The notes: generated from the sequence alone by a model not told the origin. Counted from the stretch's first letter, positions 20,514 through 30,147 are shown. The stretch is 64,000 bases of DNA from an uncultured virus (IMG/VR IMGVR_UViG_3300016486_001479) (IMGVR_UViG_3300016486_001479); one strand, 5' to 3'. Program-made: numbers and translations.

Positions 20514-20559
20514 GCCGCTTGCATTAGCACTAGAATAGGTGAGATTCCTGTTAGCGGCA
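20514..20559 (+). ncRNA. mini-tRNA-like element, family B copy 3
   Basis: GCCGCT-TGCATTAGCACTAG-AATAGG-TGAGATT-CCTGTT-AGCGGC-A. Confidence 0.65.
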
Positions 20560-20562
20560 CTT

Positions 20563-20705
20563 CCTGGAGTAGCTCAGTTGGTTAGAGCACCACCCTGATA
20601 AATGAGGAAAAGGATTGAAACGCAACCTGCGTGGCCACAAGGGTTGTGAAGTAGAGAATTGGAATCGAACGGTGGGGGTCGGGGGTTCGAGCCCTTCCTC
20701 CAGGA
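20563..20705 (+). tRNA. tRNA-Ile(GAT) with 69-nt insertion at the 3' side of the anticodon loop
   Basis: CCTGGAG...CCACC-CTGATAA-[20602-20670]-GGTGG...TTCGAGC...CTCCAGG-A. Confidence 0.75.
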
Positions 20706-20711
20706 CAATTT

Positions 20712-20878
20712 CATGCGATAGCTTAGATATGTTAAAGCACCACACTGATAATGTGGAAGACGAACCGAAAGGACTCAGTTCGGGATGCAAACACAAAAAC
20801 TCACTTGCGTGGCCACAAGAGTGAGTTAGTAGTTGATGTTGAAGAAATGATGGGGGGCAGAACCCTCTCGCGGGACCA
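20712..20878 (+). tRNA. degenerate tRNA-Ile(GAT)-like with ~90-nt insertion before the T arm
   Basis: CCACA-CTGATAA-TGTGG anticodon arm; ends TCGCGGG-ACCA; T loop aberrant. Confidence 0.55.
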
Positions 20879-20938
20879 TTATAATGAGCAGTGAGATGCT
20901 TGGGGAGGCGCTGTTCTCATAAACAACTTCCCCCACAT

Positions 20939-20990
20939 GGCGTGAGAATCTGAAAGAAGATTCGCGTGAGATTCGTTTCTCCCCACGCCA
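20939..20990 (+). ncRNA. mini-tRNA-like element, family A copy 3
   Basis: GGCGTG-A-GAATCT/AGATTC-GC-GTGAGA-TTCGTT-TCTCCC-CACGCC-A. Confidence 0.65.
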
Positions 20991-20996
20991 CAACAT

Positions 20997-21122
20997 GGGC
21001 GGATTGCACCAAGATTTTTAAGGAAATGTTCGAACGAGTACTTAAAAGGATGGAAGGCGCAAAACTAGATGGCTTAGCGGCCATAAGAAAAGTTGTAGGT
21101 TCGATTCCTATTCCGTTCACCA
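20997..21122 (+). ncRNA. tRNA-like RNA: acceptor stem, T arm and CCA around a ~90-nt non-tRNA interior
   Basis: GGGCGGA...GTAGG-TTCGATT-CCTAT-TCCGTTC-ACCA. Confidence 0.6.
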
Positions 21123-21144
21123 AACAATAAAAAAAACGAAAGCT

Positions 21145-21657
21145 ATGGTAGAGACAAACAGAATTACACCCCAAGTGGTGATTGATGCTTTATGTGAGAG
21201 ATTAAACCCGAAGCCTGGAGCGAGAATACTAGAACCATCTGCAGGCACAGGAGTATTGGCGGACGGGGTTCAAGAAAAATTCCAACAGTGTAAAATTGAC
21301 TGTGTAGAACTTAATCAAGAATGCCGAGTCACACTGAAAGAAAAAGAATATGAGTTGGTTGGCTCAGACTTCTTCCGATTCGAAGCCCAGACACCATATG
21401 ATTACGTCATTGCCTGTCCTAACTTTCGAGACAATGTCGATTGCAAACACATCATGCACATGTATGACCAACTTGCACCAGGCGGAACAATCTCAAGCTT
21501 AACATCTCCTTTTTGGATGGTTGGAGAGACTTAACTGCACAAAGAATTCCGTGAGTGGCTTCAAGATAAGAACTACTCCGTGACAATGGTCCCAGATTAT
21601 TCATTTGTTGAGGATTACAAAACTGTACCCTCAGCTATAATCCGAATCAAGAAATGA
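21145..21657 (+). CDS. class I SAM-dependent (DNA-MTase-like) methyltransferase with in-frame TAA at 21532
   Basis: ILEPSAGTG, CVELN, DFF, YVIACPNF; frame continues past TAA as LHKEFREWL...VPSAIIRIKK* to a TGA overlapping the next ATG. Confidence 0.7.
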
Positions 21658-22070
21658 AAAAGTTCAGACCAATTCAGTTCAGATGGAACGAAGCTTTAGG
21701 TGAAAAAAGTTGCCCGTATGCTTACAGATGGGTGTTCAATTTCTACTTATTTTCGTTCCGAGTTCACAACTTCATAAGAAGTGAACCAATCGCGCACCAG
21801 CATGACCATGCTTGGGATTTTATCACTTTCATACTGAAAGGAGGCTATTTAGACATAAGCCCAAATGGAATCGATAAGTTAAGACAAGGAAGCATTCGCT
21901 TTAGAAAAGCAGAACATATACATAATGTAGTGCTTCCTAAAGATGTGTCTTGCTGGACATTTGTATTAGCGTTTAAGCCACGACGAAAATGGGGTTTTTG
22001 GATTAATGGAAAATTGAAACGTCCATTAAAGTATTTTCATAAATATGGTCACTTGCCTTGCGAGGATTAA
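21654..22070 (+). CDS. cupin-like phage protein
   Basis: HQHDHAWDF..ILKGGY...FRKAEHIH...WGFW. Confidence 0.7.
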   Translation: MKKFRPIQFRWNEALGEKSCPYAYRWVFNFYLFSFRVHNFIRSEPIAHQHDHAWDFITFILKGGYLDISPNGIDKLRQGSIRFRKAEHIHNVVLPKDVSCWTFVLAFKPRRKWGFWINGKLKRPLKYFHKYGHLPCED

Positions 22071-22084
22071 AAACAAAAAAAATA

Positions 22085-22816
22085 ATGGATTGGTTTAAAA
22101 AAGTAATGGATTATAATGACAAGTTTGAGTGTGTGGATATTAATTTTGGCACCGAGTTGGGTGGTGAAATTAGTTTTGAAGTCCAATACTGGAATGGAGA
22201 CAGAATGTCTTACAACTTTGTACTGATGTACTACATGAGCCCAATGGCATCAAACTTCTTTGATATAATAGATGAGTTTTGTGAAAAAACAGATTTAATC
22301 TTCTCTGAGTATGGAGATGTGTTTAAAAAAATAGACCAATTAAATGCTAAAGAAGAATCAGCGCAAGAAATGGCAAGCAAAATATCAAAACAGACTTACA
22401 TTGTAAAAGACACAGAGTTTAATCCAGAAAGAAATCCTTCGTGGATGAAATCCTTGTACAGTATCGGAGAATCTTTGTCCGTGGAAATATTCGAGTTAGA
22501 AAGTCCAGAGAAATCAAAGTATGGTATACATATGTCAACAAACTGCAATGACGCCATTCCATGCTGCTCTTATTTTCCAACCATTGTATTGACGCATATT
22601 GATGAATCAAAAACCATTGATGAAGAAATAGAGAGAACACTAGAATATGCGATATGGTACTTTAAAGAGAATCCAGGCATAATAGACTACATCTATGATA
22701 GAAAAAACAAAGATAAAATCAACATAAAGTTAGCCAAACTAGAAAATTCTGTCCCAGGTAAGGTGAAAGAATTCATGACATTAAAAGAATGGTTGATAAC
22801 TTCAAAACCTAGTTAG
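22085..22816 (+). CDS. hypothetical protein
   Basis: Long ORF, likely start MDWFKK. Confidence 0.6.
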   Translation: MDWFKKVMDYNDKFECVDINFGTELGGEISFEVQYWNGDRMSYNFVLMYYMSPMASNFFDIIDEFCEKTDLIFSEYGDVFKKIDQLNAKEESAQEMASKISKQTYIVKDTEFNPERNPSWMKSLYSIGESLSVEIFELESPEKSKYGIHMSTNCNDAIPCCSYFPTIVLTHIDESKTIDEEIERTLEYAIWYFKENPGIIDYIYDRKNKDKINIKLAKLENSVPGKVKEFMTLKEWLITSKPS

Positions 22817-23029
22817 TAACCACTATTTTAATGCTATGGCTACTGTAGATAACACGAGATATTGTATAGAATGGACTTCAAACTATACAGCTAAGCATCG
22901 CCCCAGGGTGGCTTGGACCAAATACTCTGGTCCATATTCCTCGTTACGAAGAGTTATGCAGGCTAAGAAAGATATTCTATCTTCACCGTATTGTGGAGAC
23001 TGGCTGTATCGGATAGCACATTACCACAA

Positions 23030-23101
23030 GGGGCGTTAGTTCAGAGGTAGAACATCAGGCTTTAACCCTGTACGTCAGGGGTTCGAACCCCCTACGCCCC
23101 T
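23030..23101 (+). tRNA. tRNA with TTA anticodon (ochre suppressor)
   Basis: GGGGCGT/ACGCCCC acceptor, GTTC/GAAC D stem, TCAGG-CT TTA AC-CCTGT, AGGGG-TTCGAAC-CCCCT. Confidence 0.85.
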
Positions 23102-23173
23102 CTTGAATTACAGATAGAAAAAGGCCGCCCTTCGAACAGTTTTTATATTTGTAAAATTGATTACATTTGTAGA

Positions 23174-23863
23174 ATGCGAAACCCCACAAAGAAGTTTGAA
23201 AACGATAATATATCATTTTATAGATACAGCTGGGGAAAACCAGTTGCTTTTCACTTAACTTACGAGTGCCACGGGTATTCTGATGATGAGAGACCCCAAA
23301 TCCATATAGCATTCCTATTCTGGAGCCTGTTTTGGAGTATGCCCTGGTCACACAAGAGAAAGGATTACGGCGACTCAGAACAGTATGGCTGTTATTGGTA
23401 TCAGGATGGTTGGCAGAGTCAGAGCTTTGTTATTCGTTACGGAAAGAAATCTAAATACATTAATATGCCCTGGAATCTCGACCACGTTCGCCACAGCATT
23501 AAATTGAAGGATGGAACATGGGTTCATTCAATAAAAGGCGACAAACAAGACTTTTATAAAGACGAATGGAAAGAGAAAATGTGGAGAACTAATATGCCGT
23601 ATGTTGATAAGCACACTCCAAATGGAGAACTGAACGTGGTTAATGCCGATATATCCATCTCGGAGAGAGAATGGAGAATGAGATGGTTCAAACGAACAAC
23701 TATGTTCAGCCAAGTGAGTCGTACAATTGACGTTGAATTCTCTTCAGAAGTAGGAAAGAGAAGAGGAAGCTGGAAAGGTGGAACCACTGGTTGTGGTGAA
23801 AGATTTGATAAACACGAAACATGGAAGGACGGATTTGAGAGACTAACACAGAGAGTTTTTTAA
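23174..23863 (+). CDS. Trp-rich conserved phage hypothetical protein
   Basis: 229-aa ORF ending in EVG...GSWKGGTTGC motif. Confidence 0.7.
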   Translation: MRNPTKKFENDNISFYRYSWGKPVAFHLTYECHGYSDDERPQIHIAFLFWSLFWSMPWSHKRKDYGDSEQYGCYWYQDGWQSQSFVIRYGKKSKYINMPWNLDHVRHSIKLKDGTWVHSIKGDKQDFYKDEWKEKMWRTNMPYVDKHTPNGELNVVNADISISEREWRMRWFKRTTMFSQVSRTIDVEFSSEVGKRRGSWKGGTTGCGERFDKHETWKDGFERLTQRVF

Positions 23864-24542
23864 TGGACGATTTGACCCAAGTTCAAAGACCTGTTCTTGC
23901 AGCACTAAATTTAAAATTATGAATAGAATTAAGCAATGTTTTTTATACAATGTTAGTTGCCGTTTTTCCTTACACTTTTGGGAGATAAGCAAATGGACTA
24001 GATTTAAAGATAAAAAATGTAAACAGATATACGAACAAGGATTTAGACGAGAGTGTAAGGTTTGCGATAAAAGCCAATATTTAGGAAAGCCAAAAAAGTA
24101 TGACCCGACAGCTTATGTTTGGTTAAACTCTAATGGCAACGCCCCTTGTATGGTGGCGTTGTGAGGAACGAACTATGCACTATACAAAGTGCTGTGTGTA
24201 GTGCGGATTATTAATTAAATAATATTGAAATGGAAAGAAAGATAAATTGTAAATATAATAACAAAGGTGCTTGGTGTACCAATGAAAATATTAAACGCTC
24301 ATTGTTTGGAATAGGCGCAAGATGTTGTAGTAAATTTTACGACAAAGAGTGTGACTTCCAAGAAATCAGAACCAAAAATCTAAGCCACCGCCAAGACGTA
24401 CAAAAGTGTAGCATTACACACAGCGTTAAATGTATGTTATCGGTTTTGTTTTTCACAAAACTGGAATATACATAGCGTTATGCTACGTGTTGAATTATTA
24501 AAGGATGATGTTTATTTGAAACTATTTTTATATAAAGATACT

Positions 24543-25061
24543 ATGAGCGAAGATGTGAGAAAAATGATTGATAAAGTTAAGAACTTTAAGGAATTTGTAA
24601 ATGAAAATCTTAATAATTCCAAATATTTTCTAAGATGGACAAGCGATGCAGATGATGATACTAGACGTAATTTTAGTGGAAATATGCAAGCATGGTTTGA
24701 AACGGAGAAAGATGCTATGGATGATTACAACGAGAGAGTTGGGGACGGTAAATATGTACCATATCCACCAAGAAAAGATGTTACAAATGGTATGTGGAAT
24801 AGTGAACCCGAATGGGGTTTATCAGGATATGGATTTGATGATGAAAAATCGTTCAATAAGGCTATTGAAGAAATTGAAGATATTTCTTGGCATCATAAAG
24901 ATAGTCTACAACAAGAACTTGTAGTGTTTAAAAGTTCAAATTTTATACTTGGAGATGGATTTGATGGTGAAGATGTTTTTAAGGATGTAATTAATTATTA
25001 CGATGTCGAACCTAATATGAATTATAGTGAAGTGATGAAAGAAATTAATAAACAGAGATAG
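24543..25061 (+). CDS. hypothetical cassette protein (MIDKVKNFKEFVNE N-terminal motif)
   Basis: N-terminus shared with 26948 ORF. Confidence 0.7.
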   Translation: MSEDVRKMIDKVKNFKEFVNENLNNSKYFLRWTSDADDDTRRNFSGNMQAWFETEKDAMDDYNERVGDGKYVPYPPRKDVTNGMWNSEPEWGLSGYGFDDEKSFNKAIEEIEDISWHHKDSLQQELVVFKSSNFILGDGFDGEDVFKDVINYYDVEPNMNYSEVMKEINKQR

Positions 25062-25261
25062 TCTTGAAAAATAAGGTGCGTTGGCAAAATTCTTTTGTTT
25101 TTATCACAAATGTTAAATTGAAGAACTGAACTAAGGCATGGAGCATAACGTTAAATGTATGTTATCGGTTTTGTTTTCACAAAACTGGAATATACATAGC
25201 GTTAGCACCAGTACGGTTTGTTTGTCAGAAATTTAATTTTGGAATATCTATATATAAAAGA

Positions 25262-25837
25262 ATGGAATTGAGAAAGTTTATAGTGACAACGATTAGAGAA
25301 TATCTTAATGAGCAACTTATAGTAAATGATAATACTTGGTATCACGGTTCTAAAGAAAAATTCGATAAATTCAAGATAAAAAACGGAACTTTATTTGATA
25401 TAAATTACAAATCACCAATATTTTTAACATCAAATATTGAATTTGCTAAATACTATGCTGGTAATTATTCACCACATATTTACAAAATTCAAGTTTTAAC
25501 TAATAATATTATAGATTTTAGAAAGTTACCATCAACCTATGATTTATTAATGTATTATGAAAAAAGTAAAGTAAATGATAAAATTGGCGTAGAATATTAT
25601 GTAATTGGTAAAAATCTTTTAGAATATATCGAGGATAAATTTCCTGATGATGACATTGATAGAAAGTATAATAATTTATTGGATGGTGATTATTCATCAA
25701 TTGAGCAAACTTGGGTATATGATTGGTTGAAACTTAATGGTTATGACGGAACATATATCATCGAAACAAAAGAATTAAATTTATTGATATTCGATGAAAC
25801 TAAAATTAAAATACTTTCAATCGAAGTACTTTCGTAG
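25262..25837 (+). CDS. putative ADP-ribosyltransferase-fold protein
   Basis: WYHGS...IFLT..IEFAKYYA...GYDG pattern. Confidence 0.5.
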   Translation: MELRKFIVTTIREYLNEQLIVNDNTWYHGSKEKFDKFKIKNGTLFDINYKSPIFLTSNIEFAKYYAGNYSPHIYKIQVLTNNIIDFRKLPSTYDLLMYYEKSKVNDKIGVEYYVIGKNLLEYIEDKFPDDDIDRKYNNLLDGDYSSIEQTWVYDWLKLNGYDGTYIIETKELNLLIFDETKIKILSIEVLS

Positions 25838-26206
25838 TATTGGTGCTAATGACTAGTATAAGAAACGTTGCGACTTGCAGCACTAAATTTAAAACTATGA
25901 ACCTAATTAAGCAATGTTATTTATACTTTGTTAGCAAACCGTTTGAGTACGGAGAGCTAAACGGTATAAAAGCAAGGAGAAATAAAATTACGAGAAATGT
26001 TTATATAAGGGTTTGGAAAAAAGGAGAGCAAGCCCACAAAGAAGACTTTTACCATATTTGCGGAGAAGGTAGAGAGGTGGATTTTAATGTTTGCTAATGC
26101 TTAGTATAAGTGGCGTTTTAATGCACTTTATACGTTGTTAGCATTAGCAGATGTAAAATTATCCCTTTTGAGCGTGGGATGCTCGTAAATATAAATTGAA
26201 ACAAAA

Positions 26207-26413
26207 ATGAAAATCAAAGACGGGGGACAAACGGAAACACTGAAAACGAAGATTGAAACAATTCGTATCTATCATTCAACTGGTAGAAGGTCATTTGAAC
26301 TATGGCTGAATGAAGATAGTTTAAGTTACTTAACAATGGATGAATTGTTGGACTTGCGAGATGAAATAAATGTTGAACTACGAAAGGTTATTGATGGTGT
26401 GGTGGCTGGATAA
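26207..26413 (+). CDS. hypothetical cassette protein
   Basis: 68-aa ORF between inverted repeats. Confidence 0.55.
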   Translation: MKIKDGGQTETLKTKIETIRIYHSTGRRSFELWLNEDSLSYLTMDELLDLRDEINVELRKVIDGVVAG

Positions 26414-26530
26414 TTTTATTTCTGCTAACGTACATGTATAAGAAATGTTGCGTTTAGAAAGCACAGAATTAACGATTAGAAATAAAGTAAATTAATATTA
26501 ACAGACCTTTGNNNNNNNNNNNNNNNNNNN

Positions 26531-26840
26531 NAAAACAAATATTGGACATAAAAATAATGCAATAAGCAAGCAGAAGATAAAGCAAAATATATTTGAGTAT
26601 TCATTATTTGGTGGTAAAAAGAAATTTATACAGGGGGCAATATTCCCAGAACAACTTGCTAATGACCATATAATTAGTTGGAGTAATGAGTACGATATTG
26701 TTTATGATTGCTTTGGAGGAAGCGGAACAACTGCTAAGATGGCTGAATTAAATAAACGCAAATGGATTATTTCAGAAACAAGTGCAGAGTATTGCGAGAT
26801 TATAAAACAAAGGTTGAAAGTCGCACAAATGCAAACCTAA
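26531..26840 (+). CDS. N4/N6 DNA methyltransferase, C-terminal part (5' end in N gap)
   Basis: Manual translation: AIFPEQLANDHIISWSNEYDIVYDCFGGSGTTAKMAELNKRKWIISETSAEYCEII. Confidence 0.8.
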
Positions 26841-26947
26841 TGGTTTTGTAAAAACCAAAGTGCGGTGGCTTTTTTTTATTTTATTGCACCTAACAAGCGA
26901 ATAAATGCAATACAGTGTACGGCATACACTAACAAACAACCAAGAAA

Positions 26948-27382
26948 ATGAACAGACCAGTGAGTAAAGATATGAGAGAAATGATTGATAAAGTTAAGAA
27001 CTTTAAACGGCTTGTGAATGAACAATTAAAATATAATGGTGAAGATTCATTAAATAATGATGAACTGTTTTTTCATGGGACTTCATTAAAACAATGGAAT
27101 AAAATTATTAATAATTCATTCAATGTTTCTGATTTGTATCTTGGTGATGATGAGGATAATATTGCAAGAAATTACGCTGAAATGCAATCACAAAGTGATA
27201 ATTCTGATGGTGTAATTATAGTAATGAATAGTGAATTATTGCGAGGTAAACTAATTGATGATTATCATAGTGAAACAAGACAAATTGGTCAGTATATATT
27301 CAATGGTAATATTAAAGATTCGATACATACTGTAAAAAATATTGAAACTAATAAGGTGATTATGTCGTATAAAGACTTATAA
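26948..27382 (+). CDS. putative ART-fold hypothetical protein
   Basis: FFHGTS...LYL...ARNYA. Confidence 0.45.
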   Translation: MNRPVSKDMREMIDKVKNFKRLVNEQLKYNGEDSLNNDELFFHGTSLKQWNKIINNSFNVSDLYLGDDEDNIARNYAEMQSQSDNSDGVIIVMNSELLRGKLIDDYHSETRQIGQYIFNGNIKDSIHTVKNIETNKVIMSYKDL

Positions 27383-27528
27383 CTATGTGGTTCAAAATTC
27401 TACCTTAAATAACCGTACTGTGTATAACTAACAAGGTGTATAATAAAGTTTGCTATCAGCATTGTGCGTATGCACCGTTTTATTATTTGTTCCTTTCTTT
27501 TTTTTACGCTCATGCTCATATTAAAAGC

Positions 27529-29145
27529 ATGACTATCACATTGGATAAAAAGAAAAGAGAAGGCGAATTTTATACACCTCAAATATGGGTGGACGAAGCA
27601 CATAGGCTGATTCAGGACAACTTGGGAAAAAACTGGAAACAAGAGTATGTGGTGTGGGACTGTGCTTCGGGCTTTATGAACCTTACCCAAGGATATGAAT
27701 TTAAAGAATTGTATAGTTCAACTCTTCATAAAGCTGATATTGATAAGTGTGAAACAGTTTCAAATCAGCAAGCTTTTCAGTTTGACTTCCTTAATGATGA
27801 CTCTGAAAAGCTAACGACTCAGTCGCCAGCTTTAAAACAAGCAATAAAAGATGACAAACCAATCGTCTTTTTAATAAATCCTCCATACGCAACCGCTAAC
27901 AATAAAGGAGCAACCTCAAGCCATAAATCAGGAACAGCCAAGACTTGGATTAATAATGAAATGCGAGAAAACGGTTGGGGAAAGTCATCTCAACAGCTCT
28001 ACGCTCAGTTTCTTTATCGCATCAATGCGATAAAAGAAGCATATGGTATTTCCAATGTTGTAATTGCCGTGTTTTCACCACCTCTTTTTTTAACTGGGTC
28101 AAGTTTTAAAACTTTTAGAGAAAGGATGTTTAAGAATTTTAGGGTCCAAGACGGTTTTTTGTTTCCAGCATCAGAATTCATGGAGGTAAAGTCAGACTGG
28201 GGAATAACCTTCACTTTGATGACCCCAGGATTAGATGAACGAACATCTTGGAGTTATGAAGTGATTGCAGACCCTCGCATCAAAGGAGTTCTTCCAAAAC
28301 GTAAAGAATTATACAACACAGACCAAAGAGAAGCAGCATCTATCTGGGCAAGGGAAGAGACAAAAGGATTAAGGTCAAATAAAAACATTCCTCAGTTCAC
28401 AAGTGCATTAAAATGGAAAGTGGAAGGCAAAACAATGCGAGGAAGCCTTGTTGATGGAGCGATTGGATATTTTCTGAATGCATCAAACAATATTTATGAA
28501 AACCCACAACAAGTAGCGCTATATAGCTGGGCTGCGTCAAAAGGAAACGGGTTCTCTATTATACCAGATAATCTAAAGAAGGTTTGTAGCTTGTTTGCGG
28601 CACGAAAGACTCACGTGGGACCGTATTCCACCTGGATTAACCAAAAAGACGAATACATGGCCCCAAACACCTCTGCTGAACTATGGAATCAATACGCTGC
28701 AGACTCTTTAGTTTACTCTTTGTTCCATTCAGCGTCACATCAAAGTTCGATAGGCGGAATTGTTTTTAAAAAGCAGGAATATGATGTAAGAAACAGCTTT
28801 TTCTGGGGCGACCCATGTCTAATAGACATTGAACATAAACAAGACAGGTCAGCCACGATAATGAACAGTATGATTCAGAGCAATGTGAAACACATGTCTC
28901 AAGATGCAGTAGATGTGTTGGAGATAGCTAATAAAATGCTATATTGGAGCGGCCCAGAACGAATGGTTTATGCCAAAGCTCACCCAGAACTCCATTTGGA
29001 CAGGTGGGATGCGGGTTATTCTCAACTAAAGGAGCATTGGAAAAAAGACAAGCCAGATTTATTTAAAAAACTAACGGTAGCCTATAAAATCCTTGAAGAA
29101 AAACTCAGATGGATGACTTATGAAGTTGGTTTCTTAGTTAAGTAA
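27529..29145 (+). CDS. N6-adenine DNA methyltransferase with C-terminal TRD-like region
   Basis: GEFYTP, VWDCASG, FDFL, INPPY, LYAQFL. Confidence 0.8.
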   Translation: MTITLDKKKREGEFYTPQIWVDEAHRLIQDNLGKNWKQEYVVWDCASGFMNLTQGYEFKELYSSTLHKADIDKCETVSNQQAFQFDFLNDDSEKLTTQSPALKQAIKDDKPIVFLINPPYATANNKGATSSHKSGTAKTWINNEMRENGWGKSSQQLYAQFLYRINAIKEAYGISNVVIAVFSPPLFLTGSSFKTFRERMFKNFRVQDGFLFPASEFMEVKSDWGITFTLMTPGLDERTSWSYEVIADPRIKGVLPKRKELYNTDQREAASIWAREETKGLRSNKNIPQFTSALKWKVEGKTMRGSLVDGAIGYFLNASNNIYENPQQVALYSWAASKGNGFSIIPDNLKKVCSLFAARKTHVGPYSTWINQKDEYMAPNTSAELWNQYAADSLVYSLFHSASHQSSIGGIVFKKQEYDVRNSFFWGDPCLIDIEHKQDRSATIMNSMIQSNVKHMSQDAVDVLEIANKMLYWSGPERMVYAKAHPELHLDRWDAGYSQLKEHWKKDKPDLFKKLTVAYKILEEKLRWMTYEVGFLVK

Positions 29146-29163
29146 AAACATTGTATTTACAGC

Positions 29164-29577
29164 ATGATGTCAAATAGTAGCATAACACCTTTTAAAGAGA
29201 GAGAACTCAATTACTCTCAGTCAGTCGACGTATATCGATGTTTAAATAGAAAAGGCACAGTTTTTAGCATTAAACAGAAAAGCCTGGTTGTGGCCCATGC
29301 GACTGAGCTAGAGATGAAAAACGTTAACTTTATTGTAAATCCAGCAGGAAAGAAAAAAGCTATAACGTCTAAAATTAAAAATGTGCACGCCTTTATACGA
29401 GGAAAGATTGGGCGCCACGTTCAGGAAGAGGTTTTAATCTTATACCCTCTAGTTTACGACTCTTTTTCAGAAAAAGGTTTTATCATTGAAGGTGAAGAGG
29501 TTGGCTCAAGTCCAATGGTGACAATACGAACACATGGAATATACGCGATGAAGCCTTTGCAAAGCTTCCTTGCATAG
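29164..29577 (+). CDS. conserved phage hypothetical protein
   Basis: VYRCLN...FSIKQ...KNVHAFIRG. Confidence 0.65.
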   Translation: MMSNSSITPFKERELNYSQSVDVYRCLNRKGTVFSIKQKSLVVAHATELEMKNVNFIVNPAGKKKAITSKIKNVHAFIRGKIGRHVQEEVLILYPLVYDSFSEKGFIIEGEEVGSSPMVTIRTHGIYAMKPLQSFLA

Positions 29578-29589
29578 AGAATACACCTG

Positions 29590-29946
29590 CTATTTGTACT
29601 CCTTTGCTTCGACAATTAAATCCCCAACAAGCTTTTCAGCCCTTATCTTGTTTCCGTGTTTATCGAAGTATATAACATAGGAAGACTTCTCAAGTGTTGA
29701 ATATGTAATCCAAACTCCTACTCGAACTCCGTGCGAGAATTCTCCAACTCCAAGTATTTCTCCGCTTTTTCGGAACTCAACAAACTTTCCGTGAGCTCTT
29801 TCTTGACAATCAGCTGTTCCTTTAAATTTGACTTCACCACTTTCATAATAACTGAAACAGCTAAAAAGTGAGTCACATTCCAACTCCCCTTGAGCTGTAG
29901 TGGTGAGAGTACATAGTATAATAAGTAAAATTAATATCTTTTTCAT
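29590..29946 (-). CDS. secreted MORN/YwqK-like repeat protein
   Basis: Signal peptide; YYESGEVKFKG...HGKF...G.RVGVW. Confidence 0.6.
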   Translation of the reverse strand: MKKILILLIILCTLTTTAQGELECDSLFSCFSYYESGEVKFKGTADCQERAHGKFVEFRKSGEILGVGEFSHGVRVGVWITYSTLEKSSYVIYFDKHGNKIRAEKLVGDLIVEAKEYK

Positions 29947-30147
29947 AATGTATGTTTTGTGCGATTACTCCAATAAATAGTTCATAACATTAACTTAACA
30001 TTGGAAACACAAATTTAACATAATAAAAAACAAACGCAAAGTAAAATGCTTTTTTCTGTATCTTTGGTAGCTAAACATGGGAATCACGAAAAGCATAGAC
30101 TTTAAAATTTAACGCTTAATAAGTATTTTTTGCAAAACACAAAAAGC

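Larger units (their letters stand above)
23896..27435 (+). mobile_element. low-GC gene-cassette array with attC-like palindromic spacers
   Basis: ORFs flanked by GTTR.../...YAAC-type inverted repeats; repeated intergenic palindromes (24424-24480 ~ 25149-25204; 23896-23956 ~ 25874-25934). Confidence 0.6.

Noticed and set aside
20551..21174. ORF-track calls over tRNA clusters (also 38927-39551, 40178-40692, 62997-63774)
   Set aside because: They overlap clear tRNA or tRNA-like structures and have no protein motifs
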